DNA of 50,098 nt, taken from Patellaria atrata CBS 101060. Lineage: Eukaryota. The notes under the pieces were generated by a model. The model saw nothing but the letters and a program-made list of their open reading frames with translations, had not been told where the DNA came from and ran no database searches. The position numbers were made by a program, and so were the translations under genes. Each line of letters starts with the position of its first letter. The stretch's first letter is position 1. The stretch lies in contig MU006089.1 of assembly GCA_010093705.1 (NCBI GenBank), forward strand, positions 1,004,157 through 1,054,254. Reading direction: 5' to 3'. Positions 38,229-50,098 of the stretch are shown here, piece after piece.

Positions 38229-38709
38229 GATGCTACGGGTTCTGTATTCTTATACTTGAGATCAGGGGAAAGTTGTCGACGAGACGTCGATGAGTATGAG
38301 AGCGCGTTGCAATCAAGCTTTCCGCTCCCCGGGTGGAGGTGGGGCCGCCCAACTCCCTGCAGCTGTGGTGGCGGAACCCGATTTGTAAGGTACTTCAACA
38401 CCAGATCGGATTACAGCTGGTGGGAGTATTGAACTAAGACGATACTGTATACGCTGAGCATATGCTAACCTACCTTAAGCTGATACTGTATTAATGCGTG
38501 GTGATATCCTTAAGCTGGCAGGGGGTCGACCCCGCCGGAACTTTTTAGCCCCTGCCGAACTGACAGCCGCCACAAGATCACTTTCATCTTCCATAGAGCT
38601 ACCGTACAGCTTATATTTCACGCATCCCTCCGCTTTCTACTTCTCTAGGCATTTTCACCTTCAAAAAGTTTAAATCTCATCAAGAAGATCCTCTTCAACA
38701 CTTGCTGCA

Positions 38710-39694
38710 ATGTCTGAACGCAAAGTTTTAAGTGAGAACTCGCCCTAGTCGTCAAATCACCCACCAAATTCTCGTTGTACACGACTAACACAGAATAATA
38801 GCAAAGTACTACCCACCAGACTTTGATCCCTCTAAGATCACTCGCCAGCGTGGCCCCAAACAAGCTGGTCCCAAACAACAAGTCGTCCGCCTGATGGCTC
38901 CATTTTCCATGAAGTGCACCATGTGTGGCGAATATATCTACAAGGGACGAAAGTTCAATGCTAGGAAGGAGACCACGGAAGAACGGTATTACAGCATCAA
39001 AATCTTCCGGTTTTATATAAGGTGTACGAGATGTTCCGCAGAAATCAGCAAGTACCTTCTATCCCAGATATAATGAGATAGTTGTGTACTGACATCTCCT
39101 ACAGCATTCAAGACCGATCCGAAGAATATGGATTACGAGTGCGAACGCGGGGCCCGCCGGAATTTCGAGATGTGGAGGGAGGCCAAGCTAGCAGAAGAAA
39201 CTGAAGAGGAAAGGCTGGATAGACTGGAAAGGGAGGAGGGTGAGCGGGACAGGATGCAGGAACTCGAGGGCAAAACACTCGACGCAAGACAGGAAATGCT
39301 GATTGCGGATGCGTTGGACGAGATCAGAACACGCAATGCCCGGATTCAGAGAGCGGAGAAAGAGGGCAAAGACGCTGCCGCCGTTGTGGTAGCGGACAAA
39401 ATAGACGAGGAAAGAGATAGGCAGGATAAAGAAGATACAGAAGCGGCTAAAAGAGCGTTTGAGAATTTATGGGATGGGGATGAGATCATACTTGACTTAG
39501 AAGACGTAAAAGAGGATGATGAAGAACAACACTCGGATGGGAAACCAGAGGACGCAGCAAAACCCGCTGTTCAGACGGCGCCGGTCCCTACCTTTAAAAG
39601 GGCGGTTAAGAAAAAGAAAGATCATGCTGCTGCGCTAGGGATCAAGAAGAAGGCGGTAGTCCTAGTACCAGGTTACGGGTCTGATTCAGACTGA
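38710..39694 (+). CDS. YJU2: Pre-mRNA splicing factor Yju2/Cwc16 (CCDC94 family)
   Basis: The spliced product starts [17 protein letters not shown] and contains [29 protein letters not shown] and [23 protein letters not shown]. Exons are 38710-38731, 38802-39047 and 39105-39694; the second intron has a GC donor. Confidence 0.95.
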
Positions 39695-40174
39695 ACTTTT
39701 CTTTATCTTTTGCATTTATTCAGCGGCTACAGGAGCATTATACCCGTTCTTAACCAATATTAGAAGACTATGTATTCTTGAGAATTGATGGAAAATCGAA
39801 CATTTGAATCCCATCCACCCCTTGAAATGTTTTTGACAACCCATCAAGTAACGAAGATATCCTCAGTTCTTTTAGCACTATGAACGCAGAAGTCAAATTG
39901 AACCATCAAATTTGTTATCATGTTAAATTTAGAACATTTCAGTTAGTTATCCAGTCCATTTTTAGGTATACTCGTAAGGTAGTCTTGAAATATTCGCAGT
40001 CAAAAGGTTGAGGTAGCCCACCATGCAGTCTACGATAGACTAGTGAAATTTCCCCACCATTCAATGCTAGGTTCCTTGTCTTAATATTTTTTTGCCTCTC
40101 TCTTAGAACACTTTGGAACCTCCAATTGATCTCTCATCTGCAAATGATCTTACATAGAGCTCTCCTCTAATCTG

Positions 40175-43100
40175 ATGGCAGCAGTACAGGGACCGTACCT
40201 TTCTATCCCCGGCTCCTCTGCCTTCTCCGACTTTCGCCTTGCCCGTCTAGCAGCACAACTCAGTGCAATCGACGTGCGCGCAATATGGATTCACTACGTT
40301 AATCCGCTTAGATCGCTCGGGGAAGAGCAACTGCGGACACTTGGGCTACTACTCGAATATGGCGACGTACCAGATTCACACGATAGACTGAGCCAGACAC
40401 TACTCGATGCCCTTATCCGCAACGACAACCCCAGAGACCCAAATGTAGCGTTATTCTATGTCTCACCGCGCGCAGGTACAATATCACCATGGAGCTCCAA
40501 GGCTACCAGTATAGCACATGTGTGCAATCTCAAGAGCTACGTCAAGCGAATCGAGCGTGGCATGGTTATTGCAGCATCATTTACAGAACCTTTGGAATCG
40601 AATCTCATTCCTAACCCAGATATCCTGCACGATCGCATGACCCAAACCATCAGTCGAACTTCTCCTGGTCTAGACACCTTGTTTGTAGAACATGATCCAG
40701 CTCCCGCAAGAAGTATACCATTACGAGCAAACGGGTCTACGCCTGAAGAAGCGCTCCAAAATGCGAACAGGGAATTGGGTTTAGCATTGGATGAGTCAGA
40801 AATTGACTATTTAGTCGATGCATATACTAAGCAGTTAAAGAGGGACCCTGTTGATGTGGAACTATTTATGTTTGCTCAAGTCAATTCAGAGCATTGTAGA
40901 CACAAGGTTTTCAATGCTGATTGGACTGTCGATGGCATGCGCAAAACCAAAACTCTATTTGGAATGATACGCAGCACCCATCAACGTAATTCTAAATTCG
41001 TCGTGAGCGCGTATAGCGACAATGCTGCCGTTCTTGAAGGGAAAACCGCCAGCTTCTGGGCGCCAAATCATTTCACAGGTGAATGGACACAGTCCAAGGA
41101 AACAGTTCATTATTTGGCCAAAGTGGAAACACATAATCACCCAACCGCAGTCTCCCCTTATCCCGGCGCAGCTACCGGATCTGGTGGAGAAATCAGAGAT
41201 GAAGGTGCGGTTGGACGAGGGTCGCGGCCAAAAGCTGGGCTGGTAGGATTCAGCGTCTCCGATCTATTGATACCTGGTTTCGAGCAGCCCTGGGAGTTAC
41301 AGATTGGTAAACCTGCTCACATAGCATCTAGTTTAGATATCATGCTTGAGGCTCCGATCGGAAGCGCAGCCTTCAATAATGAATTCGGCCGTCCCTGTAC
41401 CACAGGATACTTTAGAACACTTCTCACGAAAGTTCCAGTGGATAGGGGTGAATCAGAAATCAGGGGTTACCACAAACCAATCATGATTGCAGGAGGAGTA
41501 GGTACCGTGAGGCCGCAGCATGCCGTGAAAAATCAGGATCTGGTCAGACCTGGGGCACACCTGATTGTTCTTGGAGGCCCTGCCATGTTGATTGGTTTAG
41601 GAGGCGGTGCCGCCTCAAGCGTACAGTCTGGCGATAGTGCAGTTGAACTTCAATTCGCGAGTGTTCAAAGAGGAAACGCTGAAGTCCAGCGGCGAGCCCA
41701 AGAGGTCATCAACGCCTGCGTCGCCATGGGGGATGATAACCCAATCCTATTCATCCATGATGTAGGTGCGGGAGGTTTAAGCAATGCTCTTCCAGAACTT
41801 GTCTATGACGCCAGGCTTGGAGGAAAATTCGAATTACGTGAGATCGACAATGCGGACAAAAGCTTGAGTCCCCTTCAAATCTGGTGCTGTGAAGCTCAGG
41901 AAAGATATGTAATGGCTGTGTCTACTGAAAAGCTAGAAATATTCAAACAACTCGCGAGACGGGAAAGATGTGGTTACTCAATCGTTGGCCAGGCAACCGC
42001 AGGCCGCACAGAGCAGGAGAAGAGACTTGTCGTCATGGACAGGAATTCCAAGGATTTCCCAATTCCCATCGATCTTCCCATGTCTGTTCTCTTCGGTAAA
42101 CCTCCTAAGATGACAAGGATTGTCGAATCCCGACATTCCATTCTTCCGGCTTTCGATAGCAGCATCTCGATCTATCTTCCGGACATTCCCAAAAGTGAAC
42201 TTTTCAATGAAGCGGTCAATAGGGTGCTTGCTTTGCCTTCAGTCGGCTCCAAATCATTCCTTATCACTATAGGAGATCGTACAGTCGGAGGACTGACCGT
42301 TCGAGATCAAATGGTTGGTAGGTGGCAAACACCGGTGTCAGATGTATCTGTAACTGCTACGTCTCTACTCCAAGGTGTCAGGACTGGAGAGGCAATGGCT
42401 ATGGGAGAGAAGCCTACACTAGCCTTGATATCTGCGACGGCCTCTGTTCGTATGGCCGTTGCAGAATCACTAATGAATTTGGCAGCAGCATCTGTACCGG
42501 GCCGCCTTGAGAGAATAAGACTTTCGGCAAACTGGATGTCGGCTACTTCACATTTAGGGGAGGCAGCTGCCCTTTATGAAGGGGTTGAAGCTTGTACAGA
42601 CATGTGCAAAACTCTTGGAATTGCCATCCCTGTAGGGAAAGACTCCTTATCAATGAAAATGAAGTGGGAAGACAAAGAAGTTATATCGCCGCTATCGCTT
42701 GTTATATCGGCATTCGGATTCGTTGATCACATTGACCGGACTTGGACGCCTGCTTTGCGGCGATACGAAGAGGCTGGAGAGACGACTTTAATCTTCGTAG
42801 ACCTAGCCAGTGCACAGCGGTCACTTGGGGGCTCTGCACTCGCCCAGGTATTTGGCCAAGTTGGAGATAATGCTCCCGATGTCCGCGACGTAGACATGAT
42901 AAAGGACTTTTACGACGCGGTTGATCAACTTCATGAATCTGGGATTGTCCTGGCATACCATGACCGTTCCGACGGAGGTCTATTTACTACTCTCGTAGAA
43001 ATGATGTTTGCCGGTCGTTGTGGCGTTGAACTTATGATCGATGGCATTTGCCAAAGTAGCCACCCTCGAGATGTCATGGAATGTCTTTTCAATGAGGAAT

Positions 43101-44281
43101 TAGGTGCAGTCTTCCAAGTCCGCAAGCGCGATGAGATTGAGTTCCACAAATGCTTTGCAACTTGTGGTCCACCCCCCGGTCTCATCAAAAAGATAGGACG
43201 TATCCCTCCATCTTCAAAACAGGAACTATCGATTCGGTTTGGTGCTGAAGTCGTCTATAGGGGCCGTAGGACAGAACTTCAGCAACGCTGGTCTGCGACA
43301 TCTCACCAAATGCAAAGATTACGGGACAACCCTGCTTGTGCGGATGCCGAAATGGACAATATCACTGATGATAAAGATCCAGGTCTTGCTTACAACATCA
43401 GTTTCAAACCTCAAGAAAATATCCTTCCCTTTACCGCAAACATTTCCTCGGTCTTCTCAGCTAAGCCGCGCGTGGCCATCCTCCGGGAGCAAGGCGTGAA
43501 CGGTCAAGCGGAGATGGCCTTCGCCTTCAACGTGGCCGGTTTCTCAGCCATCGATGTGCATATGACTGATATTCTTTCCGGGCGCGTATCTCTCGCTTCA
43601 TTTGTTGGTCTCGCAGCTTGTGGTGGTTTCTCGTACGGCGACGTTCTCGGAGCGGGTCAGGGCTGGGCCAAGAGCGTCCTGTTGCACGAAGAGACGAGAA
43701 ATGAGTTCCAGGCATTTTTCGAACGGAAAGATACTTTTGCGCTAGGCGTATGCAACGGATGTCAGTTCCTCTCCCGTCTTAAAGAGCTTATCCCAGGCAC
43801 CGCTTCGTGGCCGACTTTCGACCGTAATGTGAGCGAGCAGTACGAAGCCCGCGTCTGCATGGTCGAGGTTATTGATTCACCGCGACCGAGTTCCACGCCC
43901 TCTGTCTTTCTACATGGAATGAACGGCTCCACCCTCCCCATTGTGACGGCCCACGGTGAGGGCCGCGCCAGCTTCCCAGCGGACCCAGCAGATGCAACAC
44001 GTACTCCACAAGCTCTCCTCGAGCAAGGACTAGTTTCTCTGCGTTACGTAGACAACTACCTCCGTCCTACGGAACGATATCCCTACAACCCGAACGGGTC
44101 GCCGATGGGTGTGGCGGGTGTAAGGACGCCGGATGGGCGTGTTCTTGCGCTGATGCCGCATCCGGAGCGGACAATCATTCGGGACGTGGCGAGCTGGTTG
44201 CCTGAAGAGAAATCCAAAGACTGGGGGGATTTCGGGCCGTGGGTTAGGATGTTCAAGAGCGTGAGGAGGTGGGCGGGTTAA
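40175..44281 (+). CDS. ADE6: Phosphoribosylformylglycinamidine synthase (FGAM synthase, large PurL type)
   Basis: Intronless 1368-aa ORF with [38 protein letters not shown] and HDRSDGG. The glutaminase domain has GVCNGCQ and MPHPER. Confidence 0.98.
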   Translation: MAAVQGPYLSIPGSSAFSDFRLARLAAQLSAIDVRAIWIHYVNPLRSLGEEQLRTLGLLLEYGDVPDSHDRLSQTLLDALIRNDNPRDPNVALFYVSPRAGTISPWSSKATSIAHVCNLKSYVKRIERGMVIAASFTEPLESNLIPNPDILHDRMTQTISRTSPGLDTLFVEHDPAPARSIPLRANGSTPEEALQNANRELGLALDESEIDYLVDAYTKQLKRDPVDVELFMFAQVNSEHCRHKVFNADWTVDGMRKTKTLFGMIRSTHQRNSKFVVSAYSDNAAVLEGKTASFWAPNHFTGEWTQSKETVHYLAKVETHNHPTAVSPYPGAATGSGGEIRDEGAVGRGSRPKAGLVGFSVSDLLIPGFEQPWELQIGKPAHIASSLDIMLEAPIGSAAFNNEFGRPCTTGYFRTLLTKVPVDRGESEIRGYHKPIMIAGGVGTVRPQHAVKNQDLVRPGAHLIVLGGPAMLIGLGGGAASSVQSGDSAVELQFASVQRGNAEVQRRAQEVINACVAMGDDNPILFIHDVGAGGLSNALPELVYDARLGGKFELREIDNADKSLSPLQIWCCEAQERYVMAVSTEKLEIFKQLARRERCGYSIVGQATAGRTEQEKRLVVMDRNSKDFPIPIDLPMSVLFGKPPKMTRIVESRHSILPAFDSSISIYLPDIPKSELFNEAVNRVLALPSVGSKSFLITIGDRTVGGLTVRDQMVGRWQTPVSDVSVTATSLLQGVRTGEAMAMGEKPTLALISATASVRMAVAESLMNLAAASVPGRLERIRLSANWMSATSHLGEAAALYEGVEACTDMCKTLGIAIPVGKDSLSMKMKWEDKEVISPLSLVISAFGFVDHIDRTWTPALRRYEEAGETTLIFVDLASAQRSLGGSALAQVFGQVGDNAPDVRDVDMIKDFYDAVDQLHESGIVLAYHDRSDGGLFTTLVEMMFAGRCGVELMIDGICQSSHPRDVMECLFNEELGAVFQVRKRDEIEFHKCFATCGPPPGLIKKIGRIPPSSKQELSIRFGAEVVYRGRRTELQQRWSATSHQMQRLRDNPACADAEMDNITDDKDPGLAYNISFKPQENILPFTANISSVFSAKPRVAILREQGVNGQAEMAFAFNVAGFSAIDVHMTDILSGRVSLASFVGLAACGGFSYGDVLGAGQGWAKSVLLHEETRNEFQAFFERKDTFALGVCNGCQFLSRLKELIPGTASWPTFDRNVSEQYEARVCMVEVIDSPRPSSTPSVFLHGMNGSTLPIVTAHGEGRASFPADPADATRTPQALLEQGLVSLRYVDNYLRPTERYPYNPNGSPMGVAGVRTPDGRVLALMPHPERTIIRDVASWLPEEKSKDWGDFGPWVRMFKSVRRWAG

Positions 44282-44836
44282 ATCAAAGTCAATAAACGGG
44301 GCACAAATTGGCTGGGTATGTAATGATCATTATGATCTATGGGGCTGGGATGTTATTGGCGTAAGATCATATAGTGGAGTTTCGGCGACCTACTCTGAAA
44401 TATTTGAATCTATAGGCGGTATGTGCTTATGCTTTTGAGACTTTTGTATTCACGGTGAGGTAAAATAGAGAAAAGACTATAGATTTGTCCTTTACCATGT
44501 CGGTATGGATACAACATCGCTTCTGCGTCGTGCTACGTCTTGAAATCTAAATATGAATTTTCGCATCTCAACTGAAATTTATTCATTTCTCTTAGAACCC
44601 TAATCAATCATTGGGAGGTACTGAGCCGAATGAGTTTGTGAATGATCATGGGTACAGTACAACTATCCCGGTACGATGTATTAGTGTTTCACTGATCGAG
44701 AGTAGTCGTACAAAGGATCTACGAATTCAATTCTTGACAATAGTGATCATATCCTACTAATGTCTGGAGATAGAGGTTAGAAGTTCGTCTAGGGTTCCGT
44801 AAAACTTTGTATTGAAATGATTCGGAACTTCGTCGC

Positions 44837-44859
44837 ACGCGCTGTCGACGCGAACGCGA
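44837..44859. promoter_or_regulatory. Cluster of MCB-like (ACGCG) cell-cycle elements upstream of MCM7
   Basis: Three ACGCG cores (ACGCGC, ACGCGA, ACGCGA) within 23 bp, 120-145 bp upstream of the ATG of a DNA-replication gene. Confidence 0.65.
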
Positions 44860-44979
44860 CTTTCCAGATCCCAGCCCCCTCTGCTCTGTATGAACCTTCC
44901 ACTTGCTTCATTGAAATCTTGTTTAAAGAATCTTTCTCTAGTATTCGAATAAAGAAGTTTCGGTTTTTTCATTTGTGAA

Positions 44980-47524
44980 ATGTCTCTTCTCACTTGGCAT
45001 AAACCTGTAAACTATGAGCAACAACAAGGTATGCTTATTCCTCGGCGTACAATATACCTAACTAACAATTTTTCCAGAGGCATTCGAGGACTTTCTGAAA
45101 TCGTACAAGTCAACATCCACCCAGGCGGAAGATGCGCTAGAAGATCTCAACATTGGTGAGGATGAGGACGAAGATGAAGACGAGTATGATTTCATGGACG
45201 AGTCAGACGATAATAGAAACGGAGAGAGAGCGCGAACAAATAGGCGCAGTGCGAAAAAAGAAAAATACTTTCAGAAATTGCAGGATGTCGTGGACAGAAA
45301 GACATCGAAGATTGTAATAGAACTGGATGACTTGAATGCGTATGAGAAGAGTATGGACGAACTTAGGCCGCTAAAACTCGTCGAGTCGATTGAGACGAAT
45401 GCGCACCATTACATTGAGATCATGTCGAGAGCGGTAGATAAAGTCATGCCGGAACCTCAATCGGAACCAAATTACAAAGATGATGTGTTAGATATTATCA
45501 TGTCACAGCGCTCGAGACGGAACGAAAAGGTTCAAGCAGCGCAAGAAGCTGGCGTAGAATCTTCAGTCCCACAATCTCTATTTCCGCCCGCGCTGACCCG
45601 AAGATATTACCTGACCTTTAAACCTATCACTCCAGCAGGGTCAAGCAGTGAGCGCGACTCAAAAGCATTGGCCGTACGACAAGTTCGTGGTGAGCATCTG
45701 GGTCGTCTGATCACTATACGAGGTATCGCGACAAGAGTCTCAGATGTTAAACCCTCCGTTCTTGTCAATGCTTATTCCTGCGACCGCTGCGGTTGTGAGA
45801 TATTCCAACCAGTGACGTCGAAACAGTTCTCGCCTTTGACTGAATGCCCTTCGGAAAACTGCAAACAAAACAATTCAAAGGGTCAATTGTTTCTATCCAC
45901 CCGCGCGTCGAAGTTCGTACCATTCCAGGAGGTCAAAATCCAGGAGATGGCGGATCAAGTCCCTGTTGGTCACATTCCAAGGCAATTGACAGTCCATTGT
46001 CATGGAACTCAAGTTCGGACGATAAACCCCGGGGATGTTATAGATGTAGCGGGCATATTCCTCCCAACTCCTTATACGGGATTCAAAGCGATCCGCGCTG
46101 GATTGTTGACAGATACCTACCTCGAGGCTATGTACGTCAACCAACACAAGAAGGCCTACGATGATATTGTGCTGTCTCAGTCTGCCATAAATAGAATGAA
46201 TCAGCTCGAGAAATCTGGCCAACTGTATGAGTATCTTGCCCGCTCGATTGCTCCGGAAATCTTCGGTCACTTAGATGTCAAGAAAGCACTCCTTCTCCAG
46301 CTCATAGGTGGCGTAACTAAGACAATGGGAGATGGGATGCGCATCCGCGGTGACATCAACGTTTGTTTGATGGGTGATCCTGGTGTTGCCAAATCGCAGC
46401 TTCTCAAATATATTACCAAAGTAGCTCCCCGAGGAGTCTATACAACAGGTCGTGGTAGCAGCGGTGTCGGTCTCACTGCAGCAGTGATGCGAGATCCAGT
46501 CACAGATGAAATGGTCCTCGAAGGAGGAGCACTCGTCTTAGCTGATAACGGCATGTGCTGCATCGACGAGTTTGACAAAATGGACGACTCAGATCGGACA
46601 GCCATCCATGAAGTAATGGAACAACAAACCATTTCCATCAGCAAGGCTGGCATCACTACTACGCTCAATGCTAGGACCTCCATCCTCGCCGCCGCTAATC
46701 CTCTCTATGGTCGATATAATCCACGAATCTCCCCTGTTGAGAACATCAATCTACCAGCAGCTTTGTTATCCCGTTTCGACGTCCTCTTCCTTATTCTCGA
46801 CACCCCTAGCCGCGACGCTGATGAGGAACTTGCCCGTCACGTTACTCACGTTCATATCCACAATAAACATCCCGAGGCCGCTGGTGGCGTCGTCTTCACT
46901 CCCCACGAAGTGAGGCAGTGGGTCGCACGGGCCCGAAGCTTCCGTCCCACTGTCCCTAAAGAGGTCAGTGATTATGTCGTTGGTGCATACACTCGAATGC
47001 GTCAACAGCAAAAGCGGGACGAAGGGTCCAAGAAAGCGTTCACGCATACCTCCCCTAGAACTCTACTTGGTATACTTCGTCTCAGTCAGGCACTCGCGCG
47101 TCTTCGATTTGCGAAAACGGTTGTCTCTGAGGATGTTGATGAGGCTCTACGACTAATAGAAGTTAGTAAGGCATCTTTGTATGGTGACGACCGTGGAAAG
47201 GGCGATCAGACGCCTAGCTCCAAGATCTATCATCTGATTAGGAGCATGGCTGCTAGTGGTGCTGCGGCTGTCGGAGATGGAAGGAGAGGTGAATTGGACC
47301 TTAGAAGAGTTCGGGAGAGAGTCCTCGCTAAAGGATTCACTGCGGATCAGTTTGAGGAGACTATTGATGAATATGCTCTACTTGATGTAAGTGTTATCCC
47401 GGTATGACTTTGACAAGATTCCTAGGTGCTAATTCTTTTTTAGGTTTGGCAAACAGCTGGCGAGGGTACTAGACTGGTGTTCATTGAGGCTGACGATGAG
47501 GATATGGATGATGATAGTGAATGA
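44980..47524 (+). CDS. MCM7: DNA replication licensing factor MCM7
   Basis: Exons 44980-45028, 45078-47386 and 47444-47524. Zn finger CDRC...[20 protein letters not shown], Walker [16 protein letters not shown], Arg finger SRFD and TSPRTLL are present. Confidence 0.97.
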
Positions 47525-47727
47525 GTAATGGGTGTTTACAGCATACTGGGCGTTCGGGATCAGTTGTACGATAGCTTCTCGTTTGGGTCGGTCTGAGGAT
47601 GTTTGCATGATACCTGTAATGCACATTTGGTAGAGCCAGAAGTGTAGTGTTCTTTCAAATTCAACGTGTATACGACAAGTGGCACAGGTGATGATTTCGG
47701 TATTTGACTCAAGCTGTTTTTATTATC

Positions 47728-48807
47728 TCATCCCCTTAACGGGAGAATATGCTGCACCAAGCTCGTCTGCCTACAAAGCGGACACTCTGGCTTCTCCCTA
47801 CACCAGTCTCCAATACACGTCCAACAAAACACATGTCCACATGTGGTCACGCTCGGATCTTTCATCTCATCCAAACAAAGCGTACACTTCCGCTGCTGCC
47901 GTCCATTAATCCACTGCATCGTTTCCGCATCCTGAAGCCGATATCTCGGCTCCTCCAGCGCTGCCGTATGAGTCACCTTCTCCAAACCCTCCAGCTTATC
48001 TCCGCGCGTGCCCGTTGTCTCGAATAGTAGCGCGTTATTACTGCTGTACGCGTTCGGGTCGAGCGAGACCTCGACTCCGTGGTCGAGCACGGCGCTGCTC
48101 CCTGCCTGTGAACTCGCGTTCGCCACGGTTACCGTCTGGTGGAGATGCAGGTAGCCTTGCACTGCAATCTGCAACACCAGCAGTACGCCCAGGACCTCGT
48201 ATCCGACGCGCTGCTCGCCGGCTTCGACGTTGCGCGTGAAGGTGTACCGGAGGCCCCAGAGACGCTTGCCGAGGTGGTAGTATGCGCCGGAGAAGTAGAA
48301 TGTTGCGAGACTGAGAGCGTAGACGGGGGAGGGGGAGGTGATGGTTTCGAAATTGGTGAGGAGGTAGGATTGAATGTGGGTGCGTAGGGACGTTTTACCC
48401 CCTCTTCGAGCCGATTTGGAAAGGTTTGCTTCGAGCTTCGCGCGTATTCGCCGTCGGAAGGCTGGGAGGAGCTTATTGAGGGAGTATGGGAGGAGGATCG
48501 TGGTCAGGATGTATGCGCCACGGCGTTGTATGGAGGGGAGCTGGAGAGCGTCGTCTTCGACTTGGACTATGTCGCAGTATTCTTCCCCTAGCGTCCGGTT
48601 GCCGATGAATGTTGTGAGACCGAGATATATGAGTTCAGAGAAAGTCCGCGCTTCTGATGTGTAGGTGTGTGCGAAGCGGGCGCCGTAGAGTCTGCGGAGG
48701 ATGCTGGAGAGCTGTTCTAGGAGTATGCCTTCGAAGTATGCGTCTTTCTGGTTGGAGCGGATTATATCCGGGGAGGAGGCGAAAGGGTAGTGGTAATTAC
48801 CCACCAT
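47728..48807 (-). CDS. PEX10: Peroxin 10, peroxisomal RING E3 ligase
   Basis: N-terminal YPFASSPDIIRSNQKD and TLGEEY (Pex2/Pex12-type domain). C-terminal C3HC4 RING CTLC...CGHVFCWTC...CPLCR. Confidence 0.95.
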   Translation of the reverse strand: MVGNYHYPFASSPDIIRSNQKDAYFEGILLEQLSSILRRLYGARFAHTYTSEARTFSELIYLGLTTFIGNRTLGEEYCDIVQVEDDALQLPSIQRRGAYILTTILLPYSLNKLLPAFRRRIRAKLEANLSKSARRGGKTSLRTHIQSYLLTNFETITSPSPVYALSLATFYFSGAYYHLGKRLWGLRYTFTRNVEAGEQRVGYEVLGVLLVLQIAVQGYLHLHQTVTVANASSQAGSSAVLDHGVEVSLDPNAYSSNNALLFETTGTRGDKLEGLEKVTHTAALEEPRYRLQDAETMQWINGRQQRKCTLCLDEMKDPSVTTCGHVFCWTCIGDWCREKPECPLCRQTSLVQHILPLRG

Positions 48808-49068
48808 GGTGATATTCCCTAGATTTTATTTGGCGAGAGAGTCAAGCTATAGCTTAAGTACGAGGTCGGTATCTTTCGAGCGCATGAGGTTGAATATCTT
48901 CTTGGCGCGTCGTGATTGAAGTATGAACCTCGGCTGGTAGTCCGTTAAGGGTCTTGTTCAGGCTGTGCACGGTTTCAAAGCGTGCACGGTCGCCCACCAA
49001 AATTTAGTTCTCAAAATACACGTATCCGGAGAATAATAAGGACTACTTTTTACTCCACCACCACCAAT

Positions 49069-50098
49069 ATGATTCCTATTGAGGCCGCGCTTGAGAGTCT
49101 AAAGCTTCAAGATATCCCTAATATAACGCAAACTGCAAAAGAGTATAATTGTGACCGCACGACGTTGTCGCGGCGTTTTCGTAATGTCACTGTTTCCCGC
49201 GAGGTAGCAATCGAAAACTCTAAATTAATGACCGAGGCGCAGTCTAAAACACTTATTAAATATATCAATCGATTAACTGATCGTGCTTTCCCTCCTACGC
49301 CTGCAACTGTACGAAATCTGGCNNNNNNNNNNNNNNNNNNNNNNNNNNNNNNNNNNNNNNNNNNNNNNNNNNNNNNNNNNNNNNNNNNNNNNNNNNNNNN
49401 NNNNNNNNNNNNNNNNNNNNNNNNNNNNNNNNNNNNNNNNNNNNNNNNNNNNNNNNNNNNNNNNNNNNNNNNNNNNNNNNNNNNNNNNNNNNNNNNNNNN
49501 NNNNNNNNNNNNNNNNNNNNNNNNNNNNNNNNNNNNNNNNNNNNNNNNNNNNNNNNNNNNNNNNNNNNNNNNNNNNNNNNNNNNNNNNNNNNNNNNNNNN
49601 NNNNNNNNNNNNNNNNNNNNNNNNNNNNNNNNNNNNNNNNNNNNNNNNNNNNNNNNNNNNNNNNNNNNNNNNNNNNNNNNNNNNNNNNNNNNNNNNNNNN
49701 NNNNNNNNNNNNNNNNNNNNNNNNNNNNNNNNNNNNNNNNNNNNNNNNNNNNNNNNNNNNNNAGACCGTTTTTGACCGTTCTACTAAAACCAAAGCTGGT
49801 CGAGCTTGGAGGCTTCTTATTGTCGATGGCCATGGCTCCCATATCAATATGCCTTTTTTGAAGTATTCTATAAGCAATAAGATCATATTAGCCAACTATC
49901 CTCCTCACTCTACGCACAGATTGCAGCCCCTCGACGTCTCCTTATTCTCTCCTTTCGCCACGTATTACAGCCAAAATCTCGACGACTTTTTGAGCCGATC
50001 ATAGGGCATATCGAATATTGCAAAACGGAACTTTTTTGAGCTATTTTAGCCCGCTTACCAGAAGGCTTTTACAGAGAAAAACATCCTCGGGAGCTTTA
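49069..50098 (+). pseudogene. Fot1/pogo transposase pseudogene (HTH psq-like, CENP-B-type HTH, DDE_1)
   Basis: The frame reads MIPIEAALESL...TAKEYNCDRTTLSRRF and LIKYINRL...PPTPATVRNL. After the gap it reads RLLIVDGHGSH and PPHSTHRLQPLDVSLF. In-frame TAG stops lie at 50002-50004 and 50047-50049. Confidence 0.88.
49323..49762. other. Assembly gap (N run) inside the transposon
   Basis: 440 consecutive N. Confidence 0.99.

Larger units (their letters stand above)
48948..50098 (+). mobile_element. Fot1/pogo-family (Tc1-mariner superfamily) DNA transposon, inactivated; right end outside the window
   Basis: The putative left TIR follows TA (48946-48947) and has internal direct repeats TTCAGGCTGTGCACGG / TTCAAAGCGTGCACGG. 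The transposase has an HTH N-terminus and DDE_1 motifs. The left boundary is approximate because the right TIR is not visible. Confidence 0.9.

Noticed and set aside
33597..44281. SER1 or ADE6 as precursor-supply or self-resistance members of the NRPS cluster
   Set aside because: They look like ordinary housekeeping genes in a run with YJU2, MCM7 and PEX10. No evidence of duplication is visible here; a second genomic copy would reopen the question.
44596..44604. AACCCTAA as telomerase RNA template or telomeric repeat
   Set aside because: A single short match in a 700-bp intergenic gap, with no array or supporting structure.

Overview
Genomic window from a filamentous ascomycete (short GT-AG introns with CTAAC/CTGAC branch sites). 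The left two-thirds is a compact secondary-metabolite locus. A 12-intron ABCC/MRP-type ABC transporter (minus strand, 3' end runs off the window) is divergently transcribed, across a 4.2-kb intergenic region, from a ~7,890-aa, 4-exon non-ribosomal peptide synthetase. The NRPS architecture reads (half C)-A-T-E-C-A-T-C-A-T-E-C-A-T-C-A-T-E-C-T-C(T)-T(no Ser), the NPS4/NRPS4/Pes1/HcpA-type non-linear layout. It predicts a cyclic peptide with alternating D/L residues, probably six residues from five A domains. One A domain has an unusual acidic pocket suggesting a basic residue. The right third holds housekeeping genes: SER1, a hypothetical protein, YJU2/CWC16 (with a GC-AG intron), ADE6, MCM7 and PEX10. 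It also holds a degenerate tRNA-like/SINE-like element and a Fot1/pogo transposon with RIP-like stops, inserted just upstream of PEX10 and interrupted by an assembly gap. Exon boundaries and A-domain codes were read by eye, and no database searches were run.
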